Positions 23,311 through 36,400 of a stretch of 64,000 nt of DNA are shown here, one piece after another. The position numbers and the translations under genes were made by a program. The stretch is from Catajapyx aquilonaris (Eukaryota): the NCBI GenBank assembly GCA_000934665.2, contig KZ538267.1, forward strand, positions 1 through 64,000. The letters are read 5' to 3'. Below the pieces are notes generated by a model. It made no database searches. It saw only the letters and a list, made by a program, of their open reading frames with translations, and had not been told where the DNA came from. Position 1 is the stretch's first letter, and each line of letters begins with the position of its first letter.

Positions 23311-26300
23311 AGGCAAGCAACGGAATCGTTCCGTTCCGAGTATTTTATGTGGATTGATATGTTTTTGTCACTCGCTACAAGTTAGTATAAAAATGTGGTG
23401 AGATATTTTCTTTGGGGGTTTGCCATTTATGTATACTGTATCTGTCAGCTTATATAAATCATTGAAAAAGTTGACGTAGTTTACCAACCTGAATCCGTGT
23501 CTTAATTGTCTTCCTATGGGCACATCATCAGAGCACAATTTCATGATCTGGAACCGGATAACAACGTTCATCACATTTGCTCTGCAGTTAAGTCAAACTT
23601 TGTCCAATGCATGCTGTGGTTGGTATATTGGCCAAAATTTTAGCGACCATGCATTTTGGTCGCTCTCTGTGTAAGATGTGGCTGATATCCAGTTCTGTGT
23701 GTGTGGTCTATCCAAAGCGCACACACAGACAAAAAATGACATCGGGCCGCTAATGTTGATGAATAACAAGCTGTTTTATTGCAGTCTGCTAATAATACAA
23801 CATCCCGCTTTTCAGTAAACACGTGCTATTCAGTCAGATCAATGCTGACATCGCCGCAGCACGGGCCACTATCATTACTTAACATCTACTCACTAATTAA
23901 AGCGCCCCGCCGCTGATAATCTAAAAGGCAGAGAATTGAACAGGGGGGATTAAAACCGAAACAACATCCAGTAAAACAACATCCCGTATCATTCCGGGCG
24001 ACGCCTGTGTTTACCGTGCCTTCCATCGACGACGTATTTACTCGGATTGTGTGTCCAGCAAATCCGACTGCAAGGCCTCCAACCCACCACTCACCAAAAA
24101 AAAAAAATCCTGGATGCACACAACATTACTGCTGGAAATAGTTACAGAACCTCCAAATTGCTACAGATAAAAAAATTGTTTCTTTTCCAGCTCATTTTTT
24201 GGGTCCAGAATCTGAATCTGACCATATCGCAGCATCCCTTCCTTACATTTTGTCCTATCCAAATGGAGCCTTTCATCTTGGGCTGGGGAGGAGGAGGGGG
24301 GAAAAGATTAGGGGCGCCATGTTGGGGGAGGAGGAGGAAGAGTCATCCTTCCTGCAGCCTTTAATCCAAGCCGCCATGATTCAAGCCGAGGGAAACCCAG
24401 ACCCATTAAGGAGATTGACAACCGTTGTAAGGAACTGTCTCACATCTCCTCTTGTCCTTCTGCAATCTTGCCCCCCCTCCCGGAAATAAGTGGTCCAAAA
24501 AAATGGACGGACGTGATTTTTATGTTGAAACAAAATACATGTATTTATAGAGCATATCATTCTGACATAATTACCTCATGATGTGAAGGAGGAAATATTT
24601 TTTTGTAGTTGCTGGAAAGTCTATCGGAAAGTTTCTCTCCCACCTTAACTTCATAACCGGATTAAAAGAGTGGCCTGAAGGCTTTTTTGGAAGATGGGCA
24701 ATTGGCAACGGCGTCATTTCATGGCGGGGATTCTGATAAGGATAATGTTACAGGAAAAAATGATGGTAAGCCATGTGTAAGCAGTGCTTGATGAATTTCT
24801 AGAACAAACATTTCCAGCTATTATTACCTGAATGTTTACCCAGCGCAATGCGACATTTAAAATGAGCAACCAAATATTATTTTTTTTCGGAAGTTTATTA
24901 AAACGACAAAACCCGTAACTCAGCAGCTGGTGGGAACCCCCCAGCGTTTGTTAATGTGCTGTGACAACGAACTTTCCATTTTATTCGGCTTTTTTTTCTC
25001 TCGCATTACCCAGGCCACACCCAGTAATTGCCGCCATACCTCGGTTTGCAAGGGAGAGATTGCAACTGCGCCGCAAATATTCACCGCAGATTTCCAAAAT
25101 GGTTGTTTTAAAAAAAAGGCGATTTCCGGGCGTAATAATTTATCACATGATCAATTGGTTCAACAGGTAAGCTCCGGCACAACACGCAATTCATTAACAA
25201 AAACTAGGTGAGATTTCCGGTAAATTGCCCGCATTTAAATGTACGCTAATTTTTTAAAGGGCCGGAGTGACATTACCATTGCTGTAATATTTATAATTCG
25301 CACTAAAATTGCTGTGAAAATTTCGCATTTCAGAATGTTTCCTATATAGGGAGTAGTAATGAATTTTTTAAAAATAAATGTGCCAAAATATTTAGAAAAT
25401 CTGGTTTTACTATTGCGTTGATGTATAAATCCTATACTAGTTTGTTGCTTCTCTTTAAGCCGTTTGCTGGGGTAAACAATGCATGACCCTTTCCGGTTTG
25501 TTAACGGCCCATTGTTAGCGTTTACACACGGTGCGCGGAGCTCGTTAACAATGATTAGGATAAACCCCTAGTAATTTTGAAAAGCAAGAAAATAACCAAA
25601 ATGATGTTTGGATGCAACAAGGCCAACTGGCCGAATACAAAAGACCCTAAACTGGTAATACGGTAACAATGCTTTTATGATGCTTCGTGCCGCCATTTTG
25701 TACCCGGTAACTTAATCCATTCCAGTCACGCGCATCATGAAAGCCCATCATGGATTTTGGGGTCATGTTGGATTCCGACATTACACAAAAGCATTTTGTA
25801 ATAATATTTTGTTTGAAGAAAATATTACAAGCCTGGATCAGTCAATTTTTGAAGGCACCTTTTCTTTACTGCTTGCGCATACTCTCTGCCACGACCTATA
25901 CGTTTAAAAAAAAACTGAGTTTTCCTTCAAGTTTTCCGGACAAAAGATCCGAAAGTGCATTACCACCGGAGGGATGATTGATGCTTCCAGTTCCCAACCC
26001 CAGAGGATGCGAAACTCCCAAATTGAATGATCGCAAATCACATTGCGCTAATCGGGTTGGCACAGGTCATTGAAGTGAAGAACTGAAACATAAAATGTAC
26101 TTACGCCCGGTGACAAATCCGCACTGGAGCCCCGTGTTACACCCAATATTAAATTACTCTCCTTGTTACATTACCGGAACCATTTTTTGCAAAAGAAGAG
26201 TCTGTCTCAAAAAAAAAATAAAAGTCACTAGAGAAGGTCGGAGGCAAAGTAGACGACTCTGCAAAGAGCAAGCACTTTCACCGACTATGAAGATAAATTT

Positions 26301-26547
26301 CCGCGATAATTACTTGGGCGCAAATTAACTCGATTCACCCCCCTTTTCCGAGTGCGATAGTAAGGCGCAGTCTATATTTACAACTTGACTAACTCAGCAT
26401 CCAAGAAAGCAGGCATTTGTTGGAGTAGAAGTTTCAAGGTACACTCTCAGACACTTGCATCTCCCTTGGCATCTCCCCCATTGTAATAACGACAATTACG
26501 TTCGTTATAATTTTGGACGATATAACCAATGCTTTAAATTCAAACCA

Positions 26548-26900
26548 AAAACAAGATCGGCAAATCACGCGAGCCTGATTGGAGTAGACTTTTTTCTCAT
26601 TGAGCAATGGGAAACTAGGCTGACAACTTCATTGAAATTGTTGGATTTGTGACCGTTGCGACACGATGAGATTCTAATTTGACAACAATGAGTTACAATG
26701 TTGTCAGTCTCATTTCCATGTATGCTAGACTTGGGCGGATAGAGTGAACCCAGAAAACCGGACGTGGCACGTCACCGGAAGTTACCCTGAATCCGAATCC
26801 GAAAACCGTTTGTGGCTGTCTCTTGCGGTTTAGGCCCTGATACCTGTCCACAGACAGACGGACAGATCCGTTCTATAACACTTTTTATCGACGAGAAAAT
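26548..26900 (-). mobile_element. DINE-1/HINE-like non-autonomous Helentron copy
   Basis: Reverse complement of the 63041-63417 family: aaacaagatcggcaaatcacgcgagcctgattggagtagacttttttctc (3' hairpin + subTIR), ctgaatccgaatccgaaaaccgtttgt, GACA/GACG microsatellite. Confidence 0.8.
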
Positions 26901-28203
26901 CCCAGCTCCCATAATGACCCAAGCAATTGAGATAATCCATGACGAATCGAGTAGATAAGGCAGACACATACACTGCCATCAATTGAATCTTTCTCTCGCT
27001 CCAACCATACTCTGTACATAAAAAAAAGTAGTTCCTTTCCCCCCCCCCCNAAAAAAAAAAGAGCGAAACGAATTCATTAACATTCTTGCTGAGCCAGTGA
27101 ATAGTATTTACTCGATGCAACAAAGCTGGCGGAATAATTAGTCTGAGGGGGGGAAATGCCGAGAGTTGGGACGTATAGCACTTGGCCCGGACTGGACGTG
27201 AGGTTTATTCCGTAATACCAATAATCTGCCAGCCTAATTTGAAGGTTAGAGGGTGCAAGCGCGGAATAATGCATGGGTCAGATCTCCAGGGAGCCTGTAA
27301 AGTGATTAAAGTGCGCTAACTGCAAACGGATTCCGAGGGAACCCGAAAAGGACCTAACCCCTAACAGCCAAGGTAGGAAACCGATGCCATGTCATGGAAG
27401 TTGCTGGGGAGAAAAGGTCATTAAACCCATGGGCAAGTGCCGGTATAAACATTGTGTAAATGATCAAGGGCTTCTAAATTCCCTCTTTATTGTCTTACAG
27501 TAATTGGAATCCTGTGTGTGGAGGGGAGGGTGGGAGAGGAGGAGGCAGGGGGGTAGAAACGTAATGAAAGTGCTTACGAGAAGCCTATTAGCAGTAATCG
27601 TCGACGCAAGAAACACAGAAAGTGCATTAAAATAGAAAATCCACTCTGAGGGGGGGTGGAAGGATTGTCAACGTAAGCACAATGAGGACCTTTTCCTTAG
27701 GTGGGGAGGTTTTAGAGCCAGAGGGATTTTCCAGGGAAAATCCTTCCCCTTGATCAGTGAGAAGAAGCTACAAGGTGTTTACACGGCACTTTGCTCTCCT
27801 CTGGAAGCTTTTGGCGCGCCGCCATCCCAACACATCCCTCCCTCCTCCCTCCTCTCTCCATCCTCCTCCTCTCCCCTGCCCATCAAACCGCCTTAATTTG
27901 CTAAGTCTTGAAAGGAGCACTGGTAATTTGTATCCAATTGCTGGCGTTTGATGGCCCGAGTTATGAGCGGGCGCTGCAAATGCATTTTCCAACCGGGGGG
28001 ATGGTGTCTTGAGAGAGGGAGGCCTCCTCCCTCATCTCCACCTCTCCCCGCCTCCATTCCCTGCAGGGTAACAAAACTAATCTGCTGTGTGAATCAATCA
28101 GCAGTTTCCTTCACTTTACGCTGATGGTGCATGCTGTTTCGAGTGTAATTAAAAAAAAGAGAGAGAGAGAAAAGGGAGGACCAGCCAGGTACGACTAGGA
28201 TGC

Positions 28204-29260
28204 GACTACTCGGGTCGTCTGCGCAGAAGAGGCATGCAAGGTGCCATATGCGCAGCAAATGGGTTGCGCTCTTGTTGACATCACTATTGTGTTACAATAT
28301 TATTAAAATACAGTTCGTAGCATAGTAGGATAGCAATATATTTACATTTAATAAATATTCATTAACAGTTCATATTATTTTACTAATAGCTCATTCATTA
28401 ATATTAATTCAATTTAACTATATTATTAATACCCGACTGTCGTGGAAACTCCTCCCGCACCGTACGGCCTACAGCTTTGGGAGTGGTCTACAAATTTAGC
28501 CCGCGCTTTCTATATTTGCAAACCACTTTCGTTTTTTTGGAGAAAATGCTGAGGAACTTTGTCAAATGCAAAATACCCCAAAAACCAAAATAAATCCGGC
28601 TCCACGGAATTACCATTTTCGTCGCTCGGCGCTCAGGGCGCCACCTCCTGGTTGGTGGCGACCTGGTAGCGACTCGCTTACTTATGTACTTTACCCCTTT
28701 GCCGTCGGATGTCGCTCCCTTCCCTCCCGCTCTCTGCTACATTTACCACACTAACCACTTTTATTTTTGCCAAATTTTGGCAACTGGGACCTAGTTTGAA
28801 GTTAATTTTCAACATACTGGGCCAAATCAGTTACTTTTAACAGCATGTTCTTAAATTAATAAATTAGACAAGATAACAGTGAGACCGAACAGGCTAATAA
28901 TTATTCGAGTCGACAGCGCAGAAGCGTCATGCGTGGCGTCATCTGCGCAGCACTCACAGTGTTTGCAACTCTTTACTAAAGAACTATTTTGTTTCAATAA
29001 TTAAAATATAGTTCTTAGCTGAGTTAATTTCATTTATTCATTCATTTTCTTTAATAATACTTTTATTTATATTAATAAACTAATTTATTAGAAATAATTT
29101 AATTTATTTTAAGCTAATTTTTTCAAGCTGGGCCCAACGAGCAACTTTACCAGCATTTTATGAAATTTGAAAAAATTAAATAAAAGACAACAGTGAGATA
29201 GGACCGACCCGGGCTATTCGAGTTCACTGTGCGGAATAGCCATGCGTGACTGCGCAGCAC
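28204..29260. repeat. Degenerate locally duplicated segment, three partial copies (about 28204-28430, 28815-29125, 29127-29260)
   Basis: Shared blocks tcg(a/g)gt...gcgcagaag..catgc...tgcgcagca, aaaata(c/t)agttc.tagc, and ctgggcc...cagcat / acagtgaga; period about 315 bp between the last two copies. Confidence 0.6.
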
Positions 29261-30722
29261 CCTCTCCAGGAAGTTGACCTGTTCTCCTATAGACGAGACA
29301 TTTTCTCCGGACTATTTCTCCCAGAGCCCAAGCTGCCAGATGACATGTCTGTCAGATTTTAGGGAAGTGGATAGGAAGAGGGTAGGGGGGGGGGGGATGG
29401 AAACGTCCAAATGCTTCCAGTTCTGATTAACCTTCCCCAGGGAGCCAGATTCTGCATCTTGCTCGTCTTCCCGACCATAACTTCATATTGGGGAGGGGGG
29501 CGGTTGCACATATATTATATTCCTCTGGACGCGGGTAATGTCGTGAGCCTCGGGACACGCCCAGTTGCGCGTAGATATAACTTTTTTTTCTTCTTCCCCT
29601 CTTCAAAAGTGGTCTTTATCAAATCCGCAGATCTTAATTTACGGCACGTAGAAGCCTGGCCGAGAACGAAACAATGATATCAATTCTGGCGTCGGAACAA
29701 AAGAAAATGCAACGAGCAAGATAACACTCCCCCAGGTGCATTTTTGTCTTCTTAGAAATGTGTATCTTGAGCAGTGCTAATCCAGGAAATTTTTTTCTTG
29801 CAGCGTTGAGGGGACAAAAATCACTGGGTGAGTCAAAAAGCTGGAAAATAATCCTACCCAATCTTAGCCGTTAACCTCTCCCACTTTTCCAGTCATCTCC
29901 AGCGCACTGCCTTTCCTTTCCATCGCAGATTGCGCTCCAGAAGAATAATGCAAATTCGATTGGACGCCTTTGTCCTCGCCCAGTCAGGTCGTGCTCTTAA
30001 CGACGGCCACCCAGGGGGGGGATTACAATCTTTTGTGGAAATTACGACTCCCTACCTCTCGTATTCTTCTTATATATTATTATTCCTCCTCCTCTTCTTC
30101 CATCTCGTCGCAATATGAATTTTCAGTTCCTCTCTCGGCAAGGTCCAGCTAAACTGTGCTTGGAAAGTGGGGGGGACCCCTGGAGACGATCGATTTCCAG
30201 GTGGGATAATGCGCTATTAAAACGAGGAAAGTAGCTTCTGAGATGTCAGCTGGAATTCTGGGAAGTGCGCCAGAGGAAATAATGAAAAGGATTATGGAGC
30301 GCGACGGAATAATATTTACCCTGCAGTAGTTGGCAAGCGCGCTTACGGGGCCGTACGTATGCTCGTTGTATGAGCACACTTTGTCCGTTTATCTCACGAA
30401 TCGGTTGATAAATTTTTTAGACGAACAATTTTGCTATATTACACAAAATTCTTGAATGTTACTAATAAGGAGACATTTAAAACATTGTTAATAGTAACCT
30501 TAGTATCATGCAACAATCTACAATATTAAAATCCTATTTATGGTGTTTGTATTATAAGCCCTCGTCTGATTGGTCCGCCCCAAATATTGTTACCGCAACG
30601 CTTCCGATTGGTCCCCCCTCGCACAACAATATGAGTAAACAGTGCATCTTTCATTGACACTCTTCACTCATATTGTTACATTTCCATGGAAATCTGAAAA
30701 GGGGCCGAAGACCTAGAAAAAA

Positions 30723-30980
30723 TGGACGCTATCCTTGTGAGGAATTTTTGACGCGTTTTTCCTATCCTTGTGAGGAATTCTGTCATTACGAGGTAGTTTT
30801 CCTGTACCTCATAGTGAACACACGCCTCACAAGGATAGGGAAAAATCGGAAAATACCTCATAAAGACAGTAAAAATATATTTCACCAAAATTTCGTGTGT
30901 TTCCTTGTAGGTTAGGTTAGGTTAAGTTAGTTTTAAATTTTAAATTTTGGAAAAACCTCACAAGGATAGGAATGCGCACC
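30723..30980. mobile_element. MITE-like element with repeated 14-bp subterminal motifs and a (TAGGT)n tract
   Basis: ctatccttgtgagg at 30729 and 30762, inverted cctcacaaggatag at 30825 and 30956, further degenerate copies between them; taggttaggttaggttaagttag at 30908-30930. Confidence 0.6.
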
Positions 30981-33298
30981 TGTATGAGTTAGCGAGTGTC
31001 TTTGTAGGCCTGCGCCTTTAAAAGTGCGAGCGAACCGACGTTTTTTTTCTCTAGTTTATTATAAAATACCCTTTACATCTAGGGTCCGAGAAACGTACTT
31101 CAATTTTTTTTTTAAAGTAACATTATATAAGAGATTGTCAAACTTCAACAAAATTTGTGGATCCGGATATTAAATCTTATATCATTCAGATTGCACCGTA
31201 TGAGCGTCATCTTGGACTTACGAAATCCGGCCGGATTTTTTTTTCTTCTTCTTCTCGTCTTCTTCTTCTTCGTCGCTAACTCTAGAGAAGGCAGACTACG
31301 CAGGCAAGAGTCGAGCAAATAAATTCCGGAAATTCTCCATTCACGAGTGAATGCGTTGACCTCCCTTCCACTAATCGTCGAGGGGAAAGGAGGGAGGGAA
31401 GGGGGGAAGGAGGAGAGACCTTCTCCTCATAAATTCCACCCTTTGGACACCGGAAAACCCGGACTCCTTTCAATGCCTCTCAGATTTACTGCAATGTCTC
31501 CGCGATTAATATAAAAAAGAATATGACCCTTTATTTCTGAGCACTCTCGGAGAATATTATTATTTTTTTATTAATGGCTGAGACTATAAAATTCCGGATT
31601 TACGAAGTTATGTTAATAAGTAATAAAATGCCGGATTTTTTTATTAGTGCCAGAAACTAGCAATATCAGTACCTACCTGAAGATTTAATGAGTAAAAAAA
31701 TACTGATTTTAGAGATGGTCAGTGGTTGGCGATAATGGGAAAAATTCTGACATATTCGCGTTTATTCCGTTATATATATAATATTATATTCCGATTTGTA
31801 ATTTTTCGAAAAAATAATAATTTACTGTTAAGTTATTACGTATTATGAGCATATGCCCTAGTTATTAACGACACATAACTGTGTTGCAGAAAAATATTAT
31901 TTACTCAGCACTTATTCCGTTGCTTCTCTAAAAATCTGTTAATGGAGTTTAAAAAAAATATTTCTCGAGACATCCAAAGCATTTACAAGCATGCACTGCA
32001 AATTCCGGCAACAATAATTCCGACTCGTCGCTCAAACCAGCCTATTGACAGCAAACCCGTTTAGCTCATGCCATTCCTCCCAAACACAGTACAGTTCCAA
32101 ATGTTCCTAATCAGCAAACACCACAGCCTCTTGCATCAACTCTAGTTGAAGGACCTTCGTCTGCTGCGCGAATCATTAGTCGGTGGCCTCTGAGGGAAGA
32201 ACGTGGTAACTCCGAAAATCCAAGAGATCCAGCCACGGTATGAATCAAGCAGTCGGATTGAAAATCCAGGAGACTGCAATCTCCTCCACAAGTTCCAGCA
32301 GAAAGAAAGAAAGAAAAAGACATGCGTTTTAAAACCGTCCCAACCATTGACTAATTGTGTCTGGAACTTCCTCCAACCCGCGTCTACCTCCACCTGTAAA
32401 TCAAGCCTCCAATGTTGGGTCACGCTCCATTTCAGGTCCAAAGCGAACTCTCTAAAGAAAAAGCCCTTGCTAAGGAAAAGGGGCTTAGCAAAAGGATTGA
32501 CCGAACGATCCGATGCAACTTTCTCTCCCTCCTTGTGTGATCCCTTCCTAAGAGAGAGAGAGACCACTTTCTCTGGGTGCAATATGGCGTCTCCTTCCGT
32601 GCGGTTTCAATTACAAATCGCTGTGACAACTCCACCCTTGTTCCTTCCTGTGTTCTCCGGAACATTCCGTGTAATGCGTCAACCCCAGGTCATTTAGTTA
32701 GGGGAGAACCGGTTGTGGTGGAGGGTGCAGCAACAATAGGGAGGGTTTATTAGATCCCGTTTAGAGGGAAGTGTCAGTGTAGAATAGAAACTATATACCT
32801 TCGACTCTAGAAGGAAAGCTTGTAGGTCATACACAAATTACGCTTTAAAAATCCCATGTGCCATAATCATTTAAGGTTAAAAATACGTGTCCTGCCCAGT
32901 CCTCCAGGGTGGGTTCAGCAAGCGGCATCTCATAGCTTTTTAAACCTGACAAATTTCAAAGTCTCCAGTGGCCGTCCTAAAAATAAGAGACAGACTTATA
33001 ACCCTTGGAATTTCCAGAATGAGCCACACGCCACTGGACAGAATTGGATACAAAAATTTCATCAATCGGTGAAATTGTTCGCTCTAAAAACCATTTTTCC
33101 CTCTCTGTTGCAGACACTTGGAGACAACCCATATGGGAATAAACTGCTTGGCAATGCATTGCCCTCACCTGGGTTCATTTACCTCTTTGAAAAGAAAACG
33201 TGTAACCCACCTGCTGCTATTAATATTGCAGGTGCGGGTAAGGCAGGTTAATATATTTTTAGACACTCATGTTGCACACGTTTTAAAAGTGAAAGGAT

Positions 33299-33425
33299 GG
33301 ATGGCAAAAAAGAATTATATTATCTGAACCGAGAAAAGCTTTTTAGCTAAGGATGTATGGCAAAAAATATATATTATTATATTATCTGAACGTTTGATAC
33401 GCAACCGAGAAAACCTTTTTAGCTC
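33299..33425. repeat. Short imperfect tandem duplication (about 55-70 bp)
   Basis: atggcaaaaa...attatattatctgaac...cgagaaaa(g/c)ctttttagct occurs twice. Confidence 0.7.
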
Positions 33426-36400
33426 ATTATTGCTATGACGCATGCAAGCAGATTCTAAATTTACACCGCCTTAAATTTTATCTGCACCATTTGGCAAAAG
33501 GTTCAAGTGTGTTAAACATAATATCGAAAAATGAAACAGTATACATAATATTTTAATCGTCTTTTTAAATGTTGGGGTACTACGCAATAATAACACTATT
33601 AATGAAGTGTTAGAACCTAAGAGTTAAAGTATGATGCGTAATAAAATATATGGTATACATACAAAATCATCGGAAAATGCACTGTGAAGTTTTATGAAAA
33701 TGTATAGAATAGTCTAACACTATTTTATTGTCTATGGAGCATTTGATATGTGAAAACTCTCTACCCGTACAGTATGAGGGCCTGTAATTAACAGAGGAAA
33801 GTAAATTTATGTGAAATTAATTAGAAAACCCGCAATCATTTGCATAATTACTCGCATAATATACATTTAAAAACCATAAAATGTTAACAAATGGCCTAAT
33901 AACGTCACTATAGGAATATATTTATAAACGCCTCGCGGTACATCATTCTTGTATGTCTAGGCACCATAGAGTACAGTACATGCTACAAGTCATAGTTTTT
34001 GCAATTTTTGTTACGCAGCTTCATTGCACATATTGGTATTTTGTGAAGAATAAACGCCACAATTATGGAGTATTTGATATAACCATCAAACCAGGTGTTT
34101 GTACAGTAGGCTACGTATCATACACTATAATTAAATTTCCACATCTAGATCAATATCAATATTTTATATTTTATTTATTAGATCCAACAAACAAATAAAG
34201 TGATCATTATAGGGAAATAGCCAGTACATAATAATTATTATACCTCTTTCGATGATTAGGCTATTATCAAGAATCAAATATTCACTACCATATACAAATC
34301 CGCCGGTCACATATTGGGCAAAATTCCTGTCAGGAAATGAAGCAATAAATCTACCCATAAATAGTTAAATATACTTAAATGTATTTTAGTATGAATTCTT
34401 TATGAGCGCAACCGTGTGCACAATACAGGTTGCGCAAATTGTTTCCAACACTAAGCTTGAGGAGGTACCAATATGGCCGAAATTTCCGATGTTGCCAAGG
34501 TTCTCTAACGAACCTTAGAGGCCCCTGAGGCAACATTATTGTCGGAACAATTGTGGATGCGCACTCAGTTGCGCTTGTATAAAAATTCGTCTTTTTATAG
34601 TAATTATTTTTTAAACATTTAAGTAACCTCAACATGAAGGTCCTAGAGAGGCAGAGATGTAAAATGTGAAACACTTAACCCGAAATTGAGAGTGATTCAT
34701 TGCGGGTTTCTACGAATTTCTTCCCATTCAATCAAGGCGTATTTTCCGCACCTGACTTGCAGCACATGCGCAGCCCCTGCCACGGAGGACGAGCCCCTGT
34801 AAATAAGTGCAGCCGTTCCGGATAAACCGGGGCCAGGGCTGCGTAAGCTTTCCATCAGGCAAGAAGGGAGAGTAAGGCTTCTCTTTTCCTTCCAGACCCA
34901 AATCCGGCCTAAAAGACGTCTCCTCTCTTTTTTTCCCGGAGATTGAGCCCCTGACTAGTAAGAGTCTTTTCCCTCCCATAACCTCCTCTCTTCCGTGGCA
35001 GAACCCAAAAGTGCAATGAACGCCATTATCTACTATTACAAGATTGGAATCATACGAACGTGCTCCTGCTCTATCACTATTATTGGGCGTTCTAGGAGGG
35101 ATTTAACCAAAGGGCTCAAACTTGAACGATGCTTCCAGTAACGAGTTTGCAGTGCAGGGAAAAAAGGGGGTAAAAAAATCGGGAGATAAAAAAAAACAGA
35201 GAAGTTTCACTATTTGTACCCGGGTGTTTCAGGACCTGGATGAGTCCAGGGTTTTTCTTTTTTCAGAGCAAGAACAAAACATGGTGGAATATTACGTTCC
35301 AGCAGAAAAAGAAAAGAAACGGACAAAAACATGCGGCTTGTTATCTCGAATCTTTGGGGCTCCCTCCGAGAAAAGGCAATTTGATCTGACGGGAAGATGA
35401 GGAGAAACAAGGACCTTGCTGCAAGCCTGTGGGGCTAACAAGTCTTTCTCCAGTGAAGACTCTCAATATTCCCTAGGGTTCGGTATCAGCTCTCAACGCT
35501 TGTGTCTAATATCCCTCAGGGCTAATCAAGTCGGCATGCTGCTTTCATGTCTGCTGTGTTGATTTTTTTTTCCACTACCTTCCATTTTCCTTTATATAGA
35601 GATCTGCAGGCAAAATGTCAGTAGCAGGCTGTAGATGTTAATTAATTTAAATGTTGCAACATTTAGGTGGCGACTACTGTCCGACAGCATCATTCGAATC
35701 GTAGGTACATAAAAATTATTTATCTGCATTACCCATGAAATGCGCAAGGAAGCGTGGCTATCGAAAATGTGGAAATTGCCCGGAAAATGTGTCGTATATC
35801 AGCGTTCAAGGCCTGTGCTGTCAGATTTTTTCTTCTTCTTCTTCTTCAAGAAGAGTCTCTCTTTTTTTCCCCTTGGAGGCCAGACCGGCCCCGGAGAAAT
35901 CCTAGAGATGAGCTGATTTCCTCACTGCATCCGGCACATGGCTGGAGATGCACTCACGGTCCGGAGCGCCTAGATGTCTTGCTAATAAAATACGGGCGCG
36001 CTTTTAAAACTGGGGGGAAGGGAGAAAACTTTGCTTGTAAATCACCCACCTATCATTGCGCCAAATCAAGCCTGCATCTGGCAATTCATCTTGGAGATAC
36101 GACGCCCCACTCTCTTTTTGTGGCCTCCAGCTTATGCTCTATTTTCAAACCACATTGCAGATGGAAGTGGAAAGTAACCGCAAAAAAAAATATCATAGAG
36201 AAAGTGTATATATGCAGCAGGAAGGGTTATATATAACAGCGGAACAAACTTTAAGTCAGAATTTTCTGAGCTGGTCACGAGGATGGAATTAACAAAGCGA
36301 ATGCTACCCCAGTGTCTTTCATGCTCAAATTTCGTTACTGGAGTTCTACTCTGCAGTTAAATTGAGTTATTTGGTTTGGAGTGAACCCAGCTAGTTGCAC

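Noticed and set aside
30908..30930. (TTAGG)n as an interstitial telomere
   Set aside because: Only about four units, embedded in a MITE-like element
33953..34198. ORF with a hydrophobic start (MLQVIVFAIFVTQLHC) after a TATA-like motif in an AT-rich island
   Set aside because: No convincing second exon, domain or paralog; hydrophobic runs are expected from T-rich DNA
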